Below, one piece after another: positions 47,588 through 57,667 of a DNA stretch of 64,000 bases (within the stretch, counting starts at the first letter, position 1; each line of letters opens with the position of its first letter). The stretch comes from Acidobacteriota bacterium (GTDB taxonomy: Bacteria; Acidobacteriota; CAIWXX01), in NCBI GenBank assembly GCA_040755995.1, contig JBFMAF010000020.1:161452-225451 (forward strand). The letters are read 5' to 3'. The translations under genes were made by a program, and so were the position numbers. Under the pieces are notes generated by a model, which made no database searches, was not told where the DNA came from, and saw only the letters and a list, made by a program, of their open reading frames with translations.

Positions 47588-48922
47588 ATGCGCGAGATCA
47601 TCGAACGATTTGTGGCTGACTTCCAGACGCGGGAACTGCCGGCGTTCACGCCACGGACCGTGAAGTGGCCCGTGGTTCCGGGTAAAGCGAATGCCGTAGT
47701 GGGTATGCGCCGGTCGGGGAAAACGTTCTTCCTGCTTCAGCGCATCGCCGAGCTGGGCTCGGAGGGAGTTCCCCGGCGGCTCATCCTGTACGTCAATTTC
47801 GAGGACGAACGACTGTTGCCGTTAGCTACGCGGGACTTGCAGGAGTTCCCCGATGCGCTATATCGCCTCTACCCTGAGAACAGAGACGCTCTCTGCTACC
47901 TCTTCCTCGACGCAATCCACGTTGTGCCCGGGTGGGAGCACTTCGTCAGGAGGCTGGTTGAGGAAGGAAGAGTTCAGGTGGCAGTTACCGGATCGTCGGC
48001 GAGGCTCCTGAGCCGTGAGGTCGCGAGCAGCCTCAGGGGGCGGAGCCTCACGACCGAGATTCTACCGTTCAGCTTCGAGGAAGCGTTGCGGAACAGGGGT
48101 ATCCAACCACCCGAGCGGTTTCCGGTGCCGGAGCGGCTGCGTTCCATTCTGGAGAAGCAGTTTCGCGAGTACATCCACACCGGGGGTTTCCCCGAGGTGC
48201 AGGCCATGTCCGCTGAGTTGCGGACCCGCGTGCTTCAGGAATATGTGCAGGTGGCCGTTTTCCGCGATGTCGTTGAGCGATACGCCATCGCCCACGTGGC
48301 GGCTCTGCACCAGTTAGTGCGCCACATCGTATCGGCGCCGGCGCGCCTGCTCAGCGTGCACAAGGTCTACCAGGCGCTCAAGTCCCAGGGCTTTCGCCTG
48401 GCGAAGGATGCTGTTTATGACGACGTGCGCTTTCTCGAGGACGCCTTCCTGCTCTTCACAGTCGAGCGCGAGTCGTCCTCGACGCGGGTCCGGATGGTGA
48501 ACCCACGCAAGTGTTACGTTGCCGATCCGGGGATTGCCGGTGCCTTTTCGCAACGGGCGTCACAGGGTATCGGCTACCTGCTCGAGAACATCGTGTACCT
48601 GGAGCTTCGGCGGCGTGGATGCGATCTGACCTACATGGTGACGCACGACGGCCACGAGGTCGATTTCGTGGCGCGACGGGCCGGAAAGCCGGATGAGCTC
48701 ATCCAGGTGTGCGCGGATCTGAGGGACGGCGCCACCAGGGAGCGTGAGCTTCAGGCGCTTCGCGAGGGCCTGCAGGAGATCGGCTCCGCGCGGTGCACAA
48801 TTGTTACGCTGGGCGACGAGGAGACCATCGCCCTGGGGCGCCGGCGAGTCCGAGCGGTCCCGGCCTGGCGCTGGCTGCTTGAGGACAGGGCGACAACTGT
48901 TATAGCAACAGCGCACAGCTAG
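47588..48922 (+). CDS. AAA_14 plus DUF4143 ATP-binding protein
   Basis: GMRRSGKT, NFEDER, TGSS, GGFPE, K.Y..DPG, LENIVYLEL, EVDF, IQVC; Walker B reads FLDAIH. Confidence 0.88.
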   Translation: MREIIERFVADFQTRELPAFTPRTVKWPVVPGKANAVVGMRRSGKTFFLLQRIAELGSEGVPRRLILYVNFEDERLLPLATRDLQEFPDALYRLYPENRDALCYLFLDAIHVVPGWEHFVRRLVEEGRVQVAVTGSSARLLSREVASSLRGRSLTTEILPFSFEEALRNRGIQPPERFPVPERLRSILEKQFREYIHTGGFPEVQAMSAELRTRVLQEYVQVAVFRDVVERYAIAHVAALHQLVRHIVSAPARLLSVHKVYQALKSQGFRLAKDAVYDDVRFLEDAFLLFTVERESSSTRVRMVNPRKCYVADPGIAGAFSQRASQGIGYLLENIVYLELRRRGCDLTYMVTHDGHEVDFVARRAGKPDELIQVCADLRDGATRERELQALREGLQEIGSARCTIVTLGDEETIALGRRRVRAVPAWRWLLEDRATTVIATAHS

Positions 48923-49040
48923 TCATCCTGGCGATACGGCCCGCGGTGCGTTACGTGCCACTCTGGGGGCTGGCAGTCGCAGGCGTCGGTGCGGCGCGGC
49001 GCCGCCTCTGCGGCGAATCGGGGCCCGGTGCTGCCGCTCC

Positions 49041-49454
49041 CTACGCTCTCGCCCGGACCTTCCGTCTGAGCTTTTCAAGATAGATCCTCGACTCGTAGGG
49101 TGCGATGAACAGCTGGTAGTCTTCGGGTGGCATGGAAGCGCCGTGCTGCTCCTTGTGCTTCGAGATGGCGCAGGCTTTCTTCTTCAGCAGGTCGCAGGAG
49201 TCGCCCTCCTGGCACTCAGCGCACGTTGAATAGCCCCTGGTTTCAGCGCACGGGCGCACCTTGCACTCGTCATCAAGGTGGTGCCCTTCGAAACGGCATC
49301 CGGCGCAGACGATCTCCGCCGTGGGCATTTCGAAGTCGTAGTATTTCTTCCAGCCGGCGCTGATCCTCTCCCTGTCTTCGGGACCTCGTTGGTTCCTCTC
49401 GAATGCGGGGCAGAGATCGCATCGGTATCCGCAACGACCGTGTATCTCGCTCAT
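49041..49454 (-). CDS. DUF3795-family Cys-rich protein
   Basis: CGYRCDLC, CAGC, CKVRPCA, CAEC...C; RBS GGAGG. Confidence 0.8.
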   Translation of the reverse strand: MSEIHGRCGYRCDLCPAFERNQRGPEDRERISAGWKKYYDFEMPTAEIVCAGCRFEGHHLDDECKVRPCAETRGYSTCAECQEGDSCDLLKKKACAISKHKEQHGASMPPEDYQLFIAPYESRIYLEKLRRKVRARA

Positions 49455-49473
49455 GTTTCCTCCCGAGTTCTGC

Positions 49474-50370
49474 TCAATTGCCGGATCTGAACATCTGATC
49501 GAGGTCTGTGCTCTCCAGAGTCTTGCGCAGCCAGCTGGTGAGGTCCGGGGACGTATAGAAAGGATGCTCTCGAAACAGGCGGACGTACTTCGAGTAGATC
49601 TGTTGGTCGAACCGCTTGGCAAACGAACGTGCCCTCCGTCTCAGATCCGGGTTCGACTCATCGAGAGCTGACTGCACCGATGGGGCTCGCACATCCACAA
49701 ACGTAATCCGGTCGGGCGTGTGCCACCCGCGATCCATGAAGCCCTTCGCCTTCTTCCGGCACCTGCAGGCATTGTTCTCGTTCAGGACGCCGCAGTTCCC
49801 GTGCATGTAGTCGAACAACCGCTTCCGTGCCCTGGACAAGATCTTTCGGAAGTTGACGGCGGTAATCCCGAGAACCTCGCCTCCGACCGCGTCCGGAACG
49901 TCGAAGACCACTCCAAGGATGAATGCGAGCCGCTCTCGCCGCTCCAGGCAGAGCATGGTCCCCAGCACGCAGCCGATCATGATGTCCTGGATCAGCAACT
50001 CCGCATCCGGGATTGACTGCGGGCTCTCATCGGGCACCCCGCCAATAGACGTGTAGTAATCCCTGAATTGGAAGAGGTCCCTTTCGTATCCACGCTTCTT
50101 CATGTTGGTGACGTGGTTGGCAACGATCGTGTAGAGCCAGGTGCGGAAAGACGCCTTGCCGGCGTCATACGTCGACAGCTTCGTCATCATCTTGATCAGG
50201 ATCTCCTGCGTGACGTCCTCTGCATCCTGAGGCACCAGCACCATCCGGAAGGCGATGTTGTAGATCCAGCCCTGGTGGCGTCTTATGAGCTCTTCCAGCG
50301 CCTCCCGGTCCCCACCCAGAGAAGCGGCGATCAGCTCGCTGTCGCCCGGATGTCCTATCTTTCCCATCAT
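49474..50370 (-). CDS. ECF sigma factor with a Cys-containing C-terminal extension
   Basis: DAEDVTQEI, FRTWLY.I..N, region 4 R..LSRAR; extension with CGVLNENNACRC. Confidence 0.88.
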   Translation of the reverse strand: MMGKIGHPGDSELIAASLGGDREALEELIRRHQGWIYNIAFRMVLVPQDAEDVTQEILIKMMTKLSTYDAGKASFRTWLYTIVANHVTNMKKRGYERDLFQFRDYYTSIGGVPDESPQSIPDAELLIQDIMIGCVLGTMLCLERRERLAFILGVVFDVPDAVGGEVLGITAVNFRKILSRARKRLFDYMHGNCGVLNENNACRCRKKAKGFMDRGWHTPDRITFVDVRAPSVQSALDESNPDLRRRARSFAKRFDQQIYSKYVRLFREHPFYTSPDLTSWLRKTLESTDLDQMFRSGN

Positions 50371-50376
50371 CTTCTT

Positions 50377-50402
50377 ATACACCGAATCACCTTCCGTGTG
50401 AC
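50377..50402 (-). promoter_or_regulatory. Candidate autoregulatory ECF promoter
   Basis: GTCACA-N14-GTGTAT immediately upstream of the ECF start. Confidence 0.4.
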
Positions 50403-50591
50403 GGATCTCCTGCAGATATGCGAGTCGGGTCTTGGACGCGTAGCATCCGGATTCCTGTCTGCGGACATGGTCGCCGCGGTGGCTGCTGTGCGCGCATCAG
50501 AGGGAGACTGGACGAGCGTGGAGGTCTTGGAGTAGCCTCTTGGGATGGGGGCGGAACGGGACCAGCGACCGATCATGCTGAAGGGGGGACG

Positions 50592-51905
50592 ATGGGACAT
50601 CTCAGCCACCTGAAAACCGAATTTCAGGCGCTGCACCGGCGCCTGCAGGCCAACCAGGTCGGATTCCCGGAGCCGGCGGATGAGAAGGCGCGCGAGGGCT
50701 GGAAGGACATCCTCGAGATTCTCTACACAGCCGAGGATGCGGAGCTGGCCTCGCGCCTCCCGGTGATCCCATCTCGGATCGAAGCCATCGCCGCGCGGAC
50801 GGGCATGGATCCGGCAGTCCTCAAGCCGCGTCTGGACGCAATGTGCGAGAAAGGGATCGTGATGGATCTGGTGAATCCGCGGACGGGGAAGGCAGTCTAC
50901 CTGCTTTCTCCGCCGGTCGTTGGATTCTTCGAACTCTCCATGATGCGTGCGCATGACACTATTCCGAAGAAGCGAATGGCCGAGGCGATGGACGCCTACA
51001 CGCGGGGGGACCGGGCTTTCGCCGTAGAGCTGTTCGGAGGCCAGACGCTGATCGGGCGCGCGCTGGTCGACGAGGCGGGCATCGGGCCGGATACCCTGCC
51101 GGAAGTGCTGGACTGGGAACGAGCCACCGCGGTCATCCGGGACGCGCAGAAGATTGCCGTCTCGCTATGCTACTGCCGTCACAAGCAAGAACACCTCGGG
51201 AAATCCTGCGCCGTGCCGATGGAGATATGCCTTTCCCTGAACCTCGGCGCCGATTTCGTGATCCGCCGCCGCTTCGGGCGCCAGATCGAATGTGCGGAAG
51301 CGCTGGAGATACTCGACGCGGCCCGCAAGGCGCACCTCGTCCAGACCGCCGACAACGTCCAGCAGCGGCCCTACTGGATCTGCAACTGCTGCGGCTGCTG
51401 CTGCGAGCAGCTCAGGGCGATCAACGAATGGCAGCTGCCCGGGGTGAACCCGAGCGCCTTCGAGCCCCATGTCGACGACGCCGCTTGCCAGGGCTGCTCG
51501 CGCTGCTCCCGCGCCTGCCCCGTCACCGCGATCTCGATGACGGCACGCCGTGTCGAAGCAAAGGTGAAAAATGAGCTCCGCCCGCACATCGACCGGGATC
51601 GATGCATCGGATGCGGCGTCTGCGCCGGCGTGTGCCTCAGAAAGGCGCTGAGGATGAGACGGCGGCGGAGTGCACCCTACGTTCCCGAGCGAGCCCTCGA
51701 AAGAAGCCTGCGTATGGCGATCGAGCGAGGGAAGTTGGCACACCTCCTGTTCGACGAGGGCGCCGGCCGCGGGAGCCGCTTCCTGAACCACGCGCTGCAG
51801 GCCCTGATGCGCCTGCCGCCGGCCTCAAGGCTGCTCGCCAGCGATCAGGTCCAATCGCGATTCGTACGCGCCGCCGTCGCGAAAAACAGGAACCTCATCG
51901 AATGA
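50592..51905 (+). CDS. 4Fe-4S dicluster-domain protein
   Basis: CYCRH, ICNCCGCCC, CQGCSRCSRAC, CIGCGVCAGVC. Confidence 0.85.
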   Translation: MGHLSHLKTEFQALHRRLQANQVGFPEPADEKAREGWKDILEILYTAEDAELASRLPVIPSRIEAIAARTGMDPAVLKPRLDAMCEKGIVMDLVNPRTGKAVYLLSPPVVGFFELSMMRAHDTIPKKRMAEAMDAYTRGDRAFAVELFGGQTLIGRALVDEAGIGPDTLPEVLDWERATAVIRDAQKIAVSLCYCRHKQEHLGKSCAVPMEICLSLNLGADFVIRRRFGRQIECAEALEILDAARKAHLVQTADNVQQRPYWICNCCGCCCEQLRAINEWQLPGVNPSAFEPHVDDAACQGCSRCSRACPVTAISMTARRVEAKVKNELRPHIDRDRCIGCGVCAGVCLRKALRMRRRRSAPYVPERALERSLRMAIERGKLAHLLFDEGAGRGSRFLNHALQALMRLPPASRLLASDQVQSRFVRAAVAKNRNLIE

Positions 51906-52460
51906 GACCGTCTTCGCTCTGACTCGCCGCAGCTGCGGGGGGGTTGTCGAGCCAGGGCGCTGTCGATGTCGGTCTGCTTGTGCCGTCCGGAGTCGAGATT
52001 CCGTCAATCACTCCAGATCGTCTCTGGCTTCTTTCGATCTACCGCACCAGCAGCCCGACGAGCCAGAACGCCACGGCGCCGTAGAACAGCCCCCTCGCGA
52101 CCCGCGGATAGTCGCGCTTCAGCACGTGCCAGCCGACACCGGCGAGGCACATGGAGGTCCGACAACGGGATGCCGTCAGACGGCAGGTTCAGAACTACCA
52201 TGCCGTAGCAGGCAGACTCGATGCGTTCTCTGAGATGTCCGACGTCGGTGACATCCTCGACAACGAATGGCGGGCGGGCCAACAGCCCCGTGCGCACCGA
52301 ACTCAGACCGTCCGGGAGGTTCAAGAGCAGAACCCGCATCTGTTCCATGGGTGCCATTGTAGCATTGAGTCCGGAAACGCTGGTCATCGGGCAGCCCCCG
52401 GCCGGGATTCGGTTCCAATGGCTCGCGATCCCGCTCTGTAGATGCCACGGCACGGAGGAC

Positions 52461-52625
52461 TCATTGGGGCGTGCCGCCAGCAGCCATTGCGCACTCGACG
52501 CTCGATACCAACAGAAACAACGTTCGATGCCTGTCTACGAGTGGCACGAATCCATGTCGCTTGTAGAAGCGGACTGCTCTGTCATCCTTGGCATCGACGA
52601 TCACAGCGACAATGCCGATGTCGGG
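52461..52625 (-). pseudogene. 3' scrap of an AtaT/TacT-like GNAT toxin
   Basis: Manual translation IGIVAVIVDAKDDRAVRFYKRHGFVPL...TLFL...*; not in the ORF track. Confidence 0.7.
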
Positions 52626-53416
52626 GGTAAATGGAGTCTCCTGAGCAGGCGGCCTTCGAGGTCCAGAACGAGCATCTCCGTCAGATTGCTCTTCTTCGCA
52701 TAGGTCGTTGCGTAGATCTTGCCGTCCGCGACGCAGTATTGATGCAGACGGGCGCGGTCCTGGACCTCAGGGATTTCGCGGCTCTTGTCTATCGTTCGGA
52801 AGAGGGCTCCCTTGTCATCAAAGACAGTGATCATGAACTTCTGCGTGTCCGCGATGAAGATCAGGCCCTGAGAGCTGACCGTATCCGTCCGGCAGTCGGT
52901 CCTGCCGCCGACCTGCCAGACAAAAGGGCCTTCGTACAGGAACTTTTCGGTCTTGAATGTGGAGTCGAGCAGGTAGACCCGACGCTTCATCAGGTCGTGG
53001 TCGGCCGTGATCCGAAGGAAATTCTCTTTGACGGGAATGAGGAGCATTTCTGAATTGACATCGAAATCCTTCAGCTCCGAGAACGGCATGACCTTCAGGA
53101 CCTCCCCCTTCTTAGACAACCAGATGATCTTCGTGAAGTCCGTGCAGGTCAGCGTCTCCGGCTGTACGTAGACGAACGGAAGGTATTGGAAGTCCCGGGG
53201 ACGGTCGCCTTTCCGGCCGAATTTCAGTTTCGAGGCGAAGGGCGAGATCGCATAGACGTGCAGAGAATAGTCGGCCTCATCAAAGATGTAGAGGTCGTCG
53301 CCATCAACCGCGATCTGGTGGGGCTTCTGCAGTTCGGGCAAACTGATGGCCGTTTGCGCGAAGAGATTCATCGCCGTGAGAAGTCCCAATAAACAAGAAA
53401 CACAGCATTTCATCAT
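52601..53416 (-). CDS. Secreted beta-propeller-like protein, probably 3'-truncated
   Basis: Signal peptide; LPELQKP..IAVDGDDLYI, KFGRKGD.P.DF; its end runs into the GNAT scrap. Confidence 0.55.
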   Translation of the reverse strand: MMKCCVSCLLGLLTAMNLFAQTAISLPELQKPHQIAVDGDDLYIFDEADYSLHVYAISPFASKLKFGRKGDRPRDFQYLPFVYVQPETLTCTDFTKIIWLSKKGEVLKVMPFSELKDFDVNSEMLLIPVKENFLRITADHDLMKRRVYLLDSTFKTEKFLYEGPFVWQVGGRTDCRTDTVSSQGLIFIADTQKFMITVFDDKGALFRTIDKSREIPEVQDRARLHQYCVADGKIYATTYAKKSNLTEMLVLDLEGRLLRRLHLPPTSALSL

Positions 53417-53725
53417 CGCTCCTCCCAAGCAAGTGTTGCGGACGCACTGTTGAAGGTCATGCGGGAGACGAGTTCACGGCGTCTCCTGGAGCCTTTCCAG
53501 AGAACCACGACAATCATGTGCGGTGATCCTACCGCCCGCAGTCGAAAGCCAACGCCTGGCGTCACTTGAGGGTCGTCTCTAGTTACACCGATTCTGGTGA
53601 TGAGGGAACTTTCTAGTCTTTGGCCATCCCGACTGAGTGGTCGCATCCCAGATGGATCGGGGTGCAACGCACCCGGTTGTGACACTTCAGGAGCCACGGC
53701 CGCCGGCACGTTCAGTGGCCCCCTT

Positions 53726-55117
53726 CTATTCCATCCGCTTGAGCATCTCCTTGGCGTTGTTGTTCTCCGGGTTCAATTCGAGGGACTTGCGATAGTAGCG
53801 GACGGCGAGATCTTTCTGATTGTCGGTCATGCAGGCCTCCGCCAGGCTGTCGTAGACGTTCCAGGACTCAGGGAATGCCTCTACATTCGCCCGGAAGATC
53901 TCGATTGCTTCCTTCGTCCGGTTCTGACTCAACAGCTGATACCCCAGCCTGTTGATCTCCCGTTCGTCGAAGTAGTAGTTGTCATCGGCGGTCGCACGCA
54001 TCTCCCGGATCTTTCCGGCAAGGGCCTGCATTCCCGAGGCAGCGAGCGTACTCTCCATCACCTGAGCGGCGGACTGCGTGCCCGACACCTGGTACCAGAG
54101 GTAACGGACATTCGTCTGGTGCTCCCGACTCAACTTCTTGCTGTCGATTCCGGACTTCTCCAGGTACTTGAATCGTGGATCGTAAGCGAACTGCTTCTCA
54201 ACCGCCTGGTAGGTCAAACCTTGTCGCTTCGCTTCAACCAGATCGTTGTGCAGTGCAACCAGATAGTCCCGGAACAGATCGAGGAACTCCCGGCTCATCT
54301 TGCGGTGGTGCGTGTCCACGACATACTGTACGGCGGCGGGGTCCTGGAGAACGTAGTTCAACGCCGTGATCCAACGGTCCACCTCGAAAGAAGGGGTGTG
54401 CGAAATCCACATCGAGTCGTAGTAAAAGAGATCGCCGGAAAAGACCAGCTTCTCCTCCGGGCAGTGGATGAGTATGTCGTCTCCGGTGTGCCGTCCCTGG
54501 CCGAAGTACACAAGCCTGAGTGTGACATCCCCGAGATCCAGGGTGAGACGGTCGTTGAATGTGATTGACGGAAGAGTCAGCAGGAACTTCTTTTCAACAT
54601 CGTCCGCCATGAGGCTGTAGAGCATGATGCTGTCAAGTTGTCGCTTGGCCTCCTCAGATTGGGGATCGAGGGCCTTCAGGTGCTCTTTCCAGCCCGCCAC
54701 CCGCCCCCTTTCCCGCGCGACGGTGCCGGTCCTGTTCCGGTCGAAATCCGTCATCAACTCCAGTGCCCGCTCGTGCGCAACGACTGTTGCGTCCGCGAAC
54801 ACCTGGTTTCCGTTCGTGTGATCGTAGTGGCCGTGCGTGTTGACGACATAGGCGAAATCCTTCCGACCGAATTCACGTTCAATGATCTTCCTGTATTCGG
54901 CGGTCAGCGAAGGCGCGATCCCGGTGTCGATCACGACGATACCTTTGGCAGTCGCGATCGCGACGACCTGGTCGCCATAAGTTTCGCAGGCGCGAAGAAT
55001 CAGGACTCGACTGCTGTAGCGTTCGTACTTGACCGCAGGCCGGTCCTGCTCGGCCGCAAGAACGGCGAGCGGCACCATCAGGGACAAGGGCAAGCATAGA
55101 GATGCAAGACGTTTCAA
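53726..55117 (-). CDS. Secreted MBL-fold metallo-hydrolase with C-terminal TPR
   Basis: RBS AAGGAGG and TTG start; VIDTG, NTHGHYDHTNGN, HTGDD, FSGDL; NVYDSLAEA TPR. Confidence 0.85.
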   Translation of the reverse strand: MKRLASLCLPLSLMVPLAVLAAEQDRPAVKYERYSSRVLILRACETYGDQVVAIATAKGIVVIDTGIAPSLTAEYRKIIEREFGRKDFAYVVNTHGHYDHTNGNQVFADATVVAHERALELMTDFDRNRTGTVARERGRVAGWKEHLKALDPQSEEAKRQLDSIMLYSLMADDVEKKFLLTLPSITFNDRLTLDLGDVTLRLVYFGQGRHTGDDILIHCPEEKLVFSGDLFYYDSMWISHTPSFEVDRWITALNYVLQDPAAVQYVVDTHHRKMSREFLDLFRDYLVALHNDLVEAKRQGLTYQAVEKQFAYDPRFKYLEKSGIDSKKLSREHQTNVRYLWYQVSGTQSAAQVMESTLAASGMQALAGKIREMRATADDNYYFDEREINRLGYQLLSQNRTKEAIEIFRANVEAFPESWNVYDSLAEACMTDNQKDLAVRYYRKSLELNPENNNAKEMLKRME

Positions 55118-55265
55118 GACATCCTCCTTCCGGTCAGGATACGACATTCGACGGTCGGGCGAGATTGCGGCCGGGCACCGCAGTTCCCTCATTGGCATTA
55201 GCGAGATCCAGGGGGAAATGCCGCGATCCGGCGGAGTTCCCCGATCGCCGGTGGTGACATAGGCT

Positions 55266-55595
55266 CTACCGAGGGGGCGGAGGGGACGACTGGAAGCGCC
55301 ACAAAATGCTGACGATCACCCACTGGCCGTTGCATTTCGCCAGGCTCAGGTACTCGTAATATTCGGAGGACGAGGCCCGGACGACCGCAACGTCACCTGA
55401 TACTACCAGCACCTGAGTAGTGACCTTGTGCCCCTCAGGGAGAGTTCTCGACCCACCGCCCGAGCGCGTCATCTCGATCATCTGATCACGTGTCAGGCTA
55501 TGAACCACCTGTCGGCCGCTGGGCAGGGCGCCGACGTAGCGCTTGACCATGTCCGGATGGAGTGACCGGGCCATCTTCTCGGGATCGGCCTTGAA
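55266..55595 (-). pseudogene. 5'-truncated NTF2-like (Lumazine_bd_2-type) protein
   Basis: DPEKMARSLHPDMVKR...YLSLAKCNGQWVIVSILW; no start codon or N-terminal helix. Confidence 0.55.
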
Positions 55596-55713
55596 GGTCA
55601 GGCCCAGCTCGCCGCGCTCAGGAAATGGTGACAGGAGGGTTGCCGGCTGGAGATGTTTCCTGTGCAGTCGAGTAACTACCGGGCTGCGTTTTGCGTAAAC
55701 AAGTTCAGGGGGA

Positions 55714-56547
55714 TTGATGAGCACGGTCGACCTCAGCGGAAATACTGTCAAGCTCTGGAAAAGCGAGGTCGTAGAGGGCCTGGAACTGAAGCGGGCCTTT
55801 CTCAAGAATTTCACGTTCAGCCGGCACATGGACGACCGCTACGTCATCTGCCTGGTGCAACGGGGCGTCGAGTTGTTTCGTTGCGGCGGGATCAGCTACG
55901 CCGCTACTCCCGGAGACATCATCCTCTACCACCCCGAAGACGTACATGACGGCGGCTCTATCGACCAGAAGCCCTGGGCCTACCGCTGCTTCTACGTGAC
56001 TGAAGCGCAGGTCCGCAGTACGTCCGCCGGCGATTCGGAACTGGGACCGTTGCCCTTTTTTCCAGAGAAGGTGATCCGCGATCCCTCCCTGGCCGGCCGG
56101 CTTTCGGCTCTTCACCGCCTCATGGAAACGCACGAGGACACCCTGCCGGTCCAGACGGCTTTCGTGGAACTGTTCAGCCGACTGGTGAGCTGCCATTCCC
56201 GACAGGCCGGGAGCGGGAAGATCCACCGCCGCTTCCATGCCCGCGCCAGCCTGCTCCGCAGCCGCGATTTCCTGGAGGGCCACTTCGCGGAAAGTACCGC
56301 TCTTGGGCGGCTGGCCGCCCTCGCCGGGCTGAGCCCGTTCCACTTCTTGCGGGAATTCAAGCGATACTTTGGGATGCCTCCCCACGAGTACCAGAAGCAG
56401 CTCCGGGTGCGGCGGGCAAAGGACCTGCTTGCCCAGGGCCTCCCGCCCGCCGATGTTGCCGCTGAAGCGGGGTTTTCGGACCAGAGCCATTTGAGCCGGG
56501 TGTTCAGGGGTTTCACCGGCATCACTCCCGGACGATTCCGCCCCTGA
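55714..56547 (+). CDS. AraC-family transcriptional regulator
   Basis: Cupin-like FSRH...VHDG; LSPFHFLREFK, GFSDQSHLSRVF..G.TPGRF. Confidence 0.92.
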   Translation: MMSTVDLSGNTVKLWKSEVVEGLELKRAFLKNFTFSRHMDDRYVICLVQRGVELFRCGGISYAATPGDIILYHPEDVHDGGSIDQKPWAYRCFYVTEAQVRSTSAGDSELGPLPFFPEKVIRDPSLAGRLSALHRLMETHEDTLPVQTAFVELFSRLVSCHSRQAGSGKIHRRFHARASLLRSRDFLEGHFAESTALGRLAALAGLSPFHFLREFKRYFGMPPHEYQKQLRVRRAKDLLAQGLPPADVAAEAGFSDQSHLSRVFRGFTGITPGRFRP

Positions 56548-57013
56548 GAGAGCCACTTCGTTCGATGCTCCTGCCGCGTAGTCTCGGGTAGTCCATCCGA
56601 CTGCGCAATCACGGGAGGACCCGTGACCGTCTTGGTCGCCTGGATCCCGAGCGCGGTTCGTACAACCGGCGACGATATGAGAGCAATTTCGTTCAATACT
56701 TCCAGGGCAGCGCCCTCTATATTCAAGCTGAGTGTGGTGGTCATCAAGAAGGGGCGGTTGAATCGCCGGGGAGCCTTGGGCGCATGGGACTGATGCGAGG
56801 ACTACATGCCGTGGCATGTCGAGGAAGCGGCCGGGAGGTAGCCAGCGAATGGGAACTCATGGAGATGATCGGAGTGGCCGGCAAGATGGTGGGTGCTCGG
56901 GTGCTGATGGCTTCCCGGGCGGCCGTATCGGTGATGTGGCCAGGTGTCACGAGGCAGGGAATTCTCGAGCCGGGACGCTGAGGGTCTCTCGCGACTGCCG
57001 GCCACCAGAAGCA

Positions 57014-57652
57014 ATGAGCGCGACGCGCGCGTCCAAGGAGTACTTCGCGGCGGTGGCGGGCCGCTGGGACCAGATCCGCGGTGGATACTACGATGAGACG
57101 ATTCGCGATGAGGCAGTTGCGGAGGCCCGCGTGTCGTCAAAGGACGTAGTTGCTGACGTCGGCACGGGAACCGGGTTCATGATCGCCGGCCTCGCCCCGC
57201 TGGCAGCGAAGGTCTTTGGCTTTGACGAGTCTCCGGAGATGCTGGCGATCGCCCGGAAGAACTTGGCGGCTTTCCGCAACGTGCAACTGCTGGAAGCGCC
57301 GGGCCAGCACCTGCCGGTGGAGGACACCTCGTTCGACGCCGTTCTTGCCAGCATGTACTTGCATCACGCTCCTGAACCACCCATCGCCATTGCCGAGATG
57401 GCCCGTGTGCTGAAGCCGGGCGGCCGGCTCGTCATTGTGGACGCGGACAGGCACAACCAGGAGTGGATGCGGGCTGAGATGGCCGACCGCTGGTTGGGCT
57501 TCGGCCGCGATCAGATCCATGCCTGGTATGCCTTCGCTGGCCTGACCCACATCCGCATCCGGTGTGCCAGGAGCGATTGCCATCCCGTCGACCCGGCAGG
57601 GGAGAAGCTCTCCCTTTCCGTTTTTCTCGCCTATGGAGAGAAGGATTCATGA
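57014..57652 (+). CDS. Class I SAM-dependent methyltransferase
   Basis: VADVGTGTG, FDAV...LHH, EMARVLKPGG. Confidence 0.88.
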   Translation: MSATRASKEYFAAVAGRWDQIRGGYYDETIRDEAVAEARVSSKDVVADVGTGTGFMIAGLAPLAAKVFGFDESPEMLAIARKNLAAFRNVQLLEAPGQHLPVEDTSFDAVLASMYLHHAPEPPIAIAEMARVLKPGGRLVIVDADRHNQEWMRAEMADRWLGFGRDQIHAWYAFAGLTHIRIRCARSDCHPVDPAGEKLSLSVFLAYGEKDS

Positions 57653-57667
57653 GATGGAGGAAGAAAG

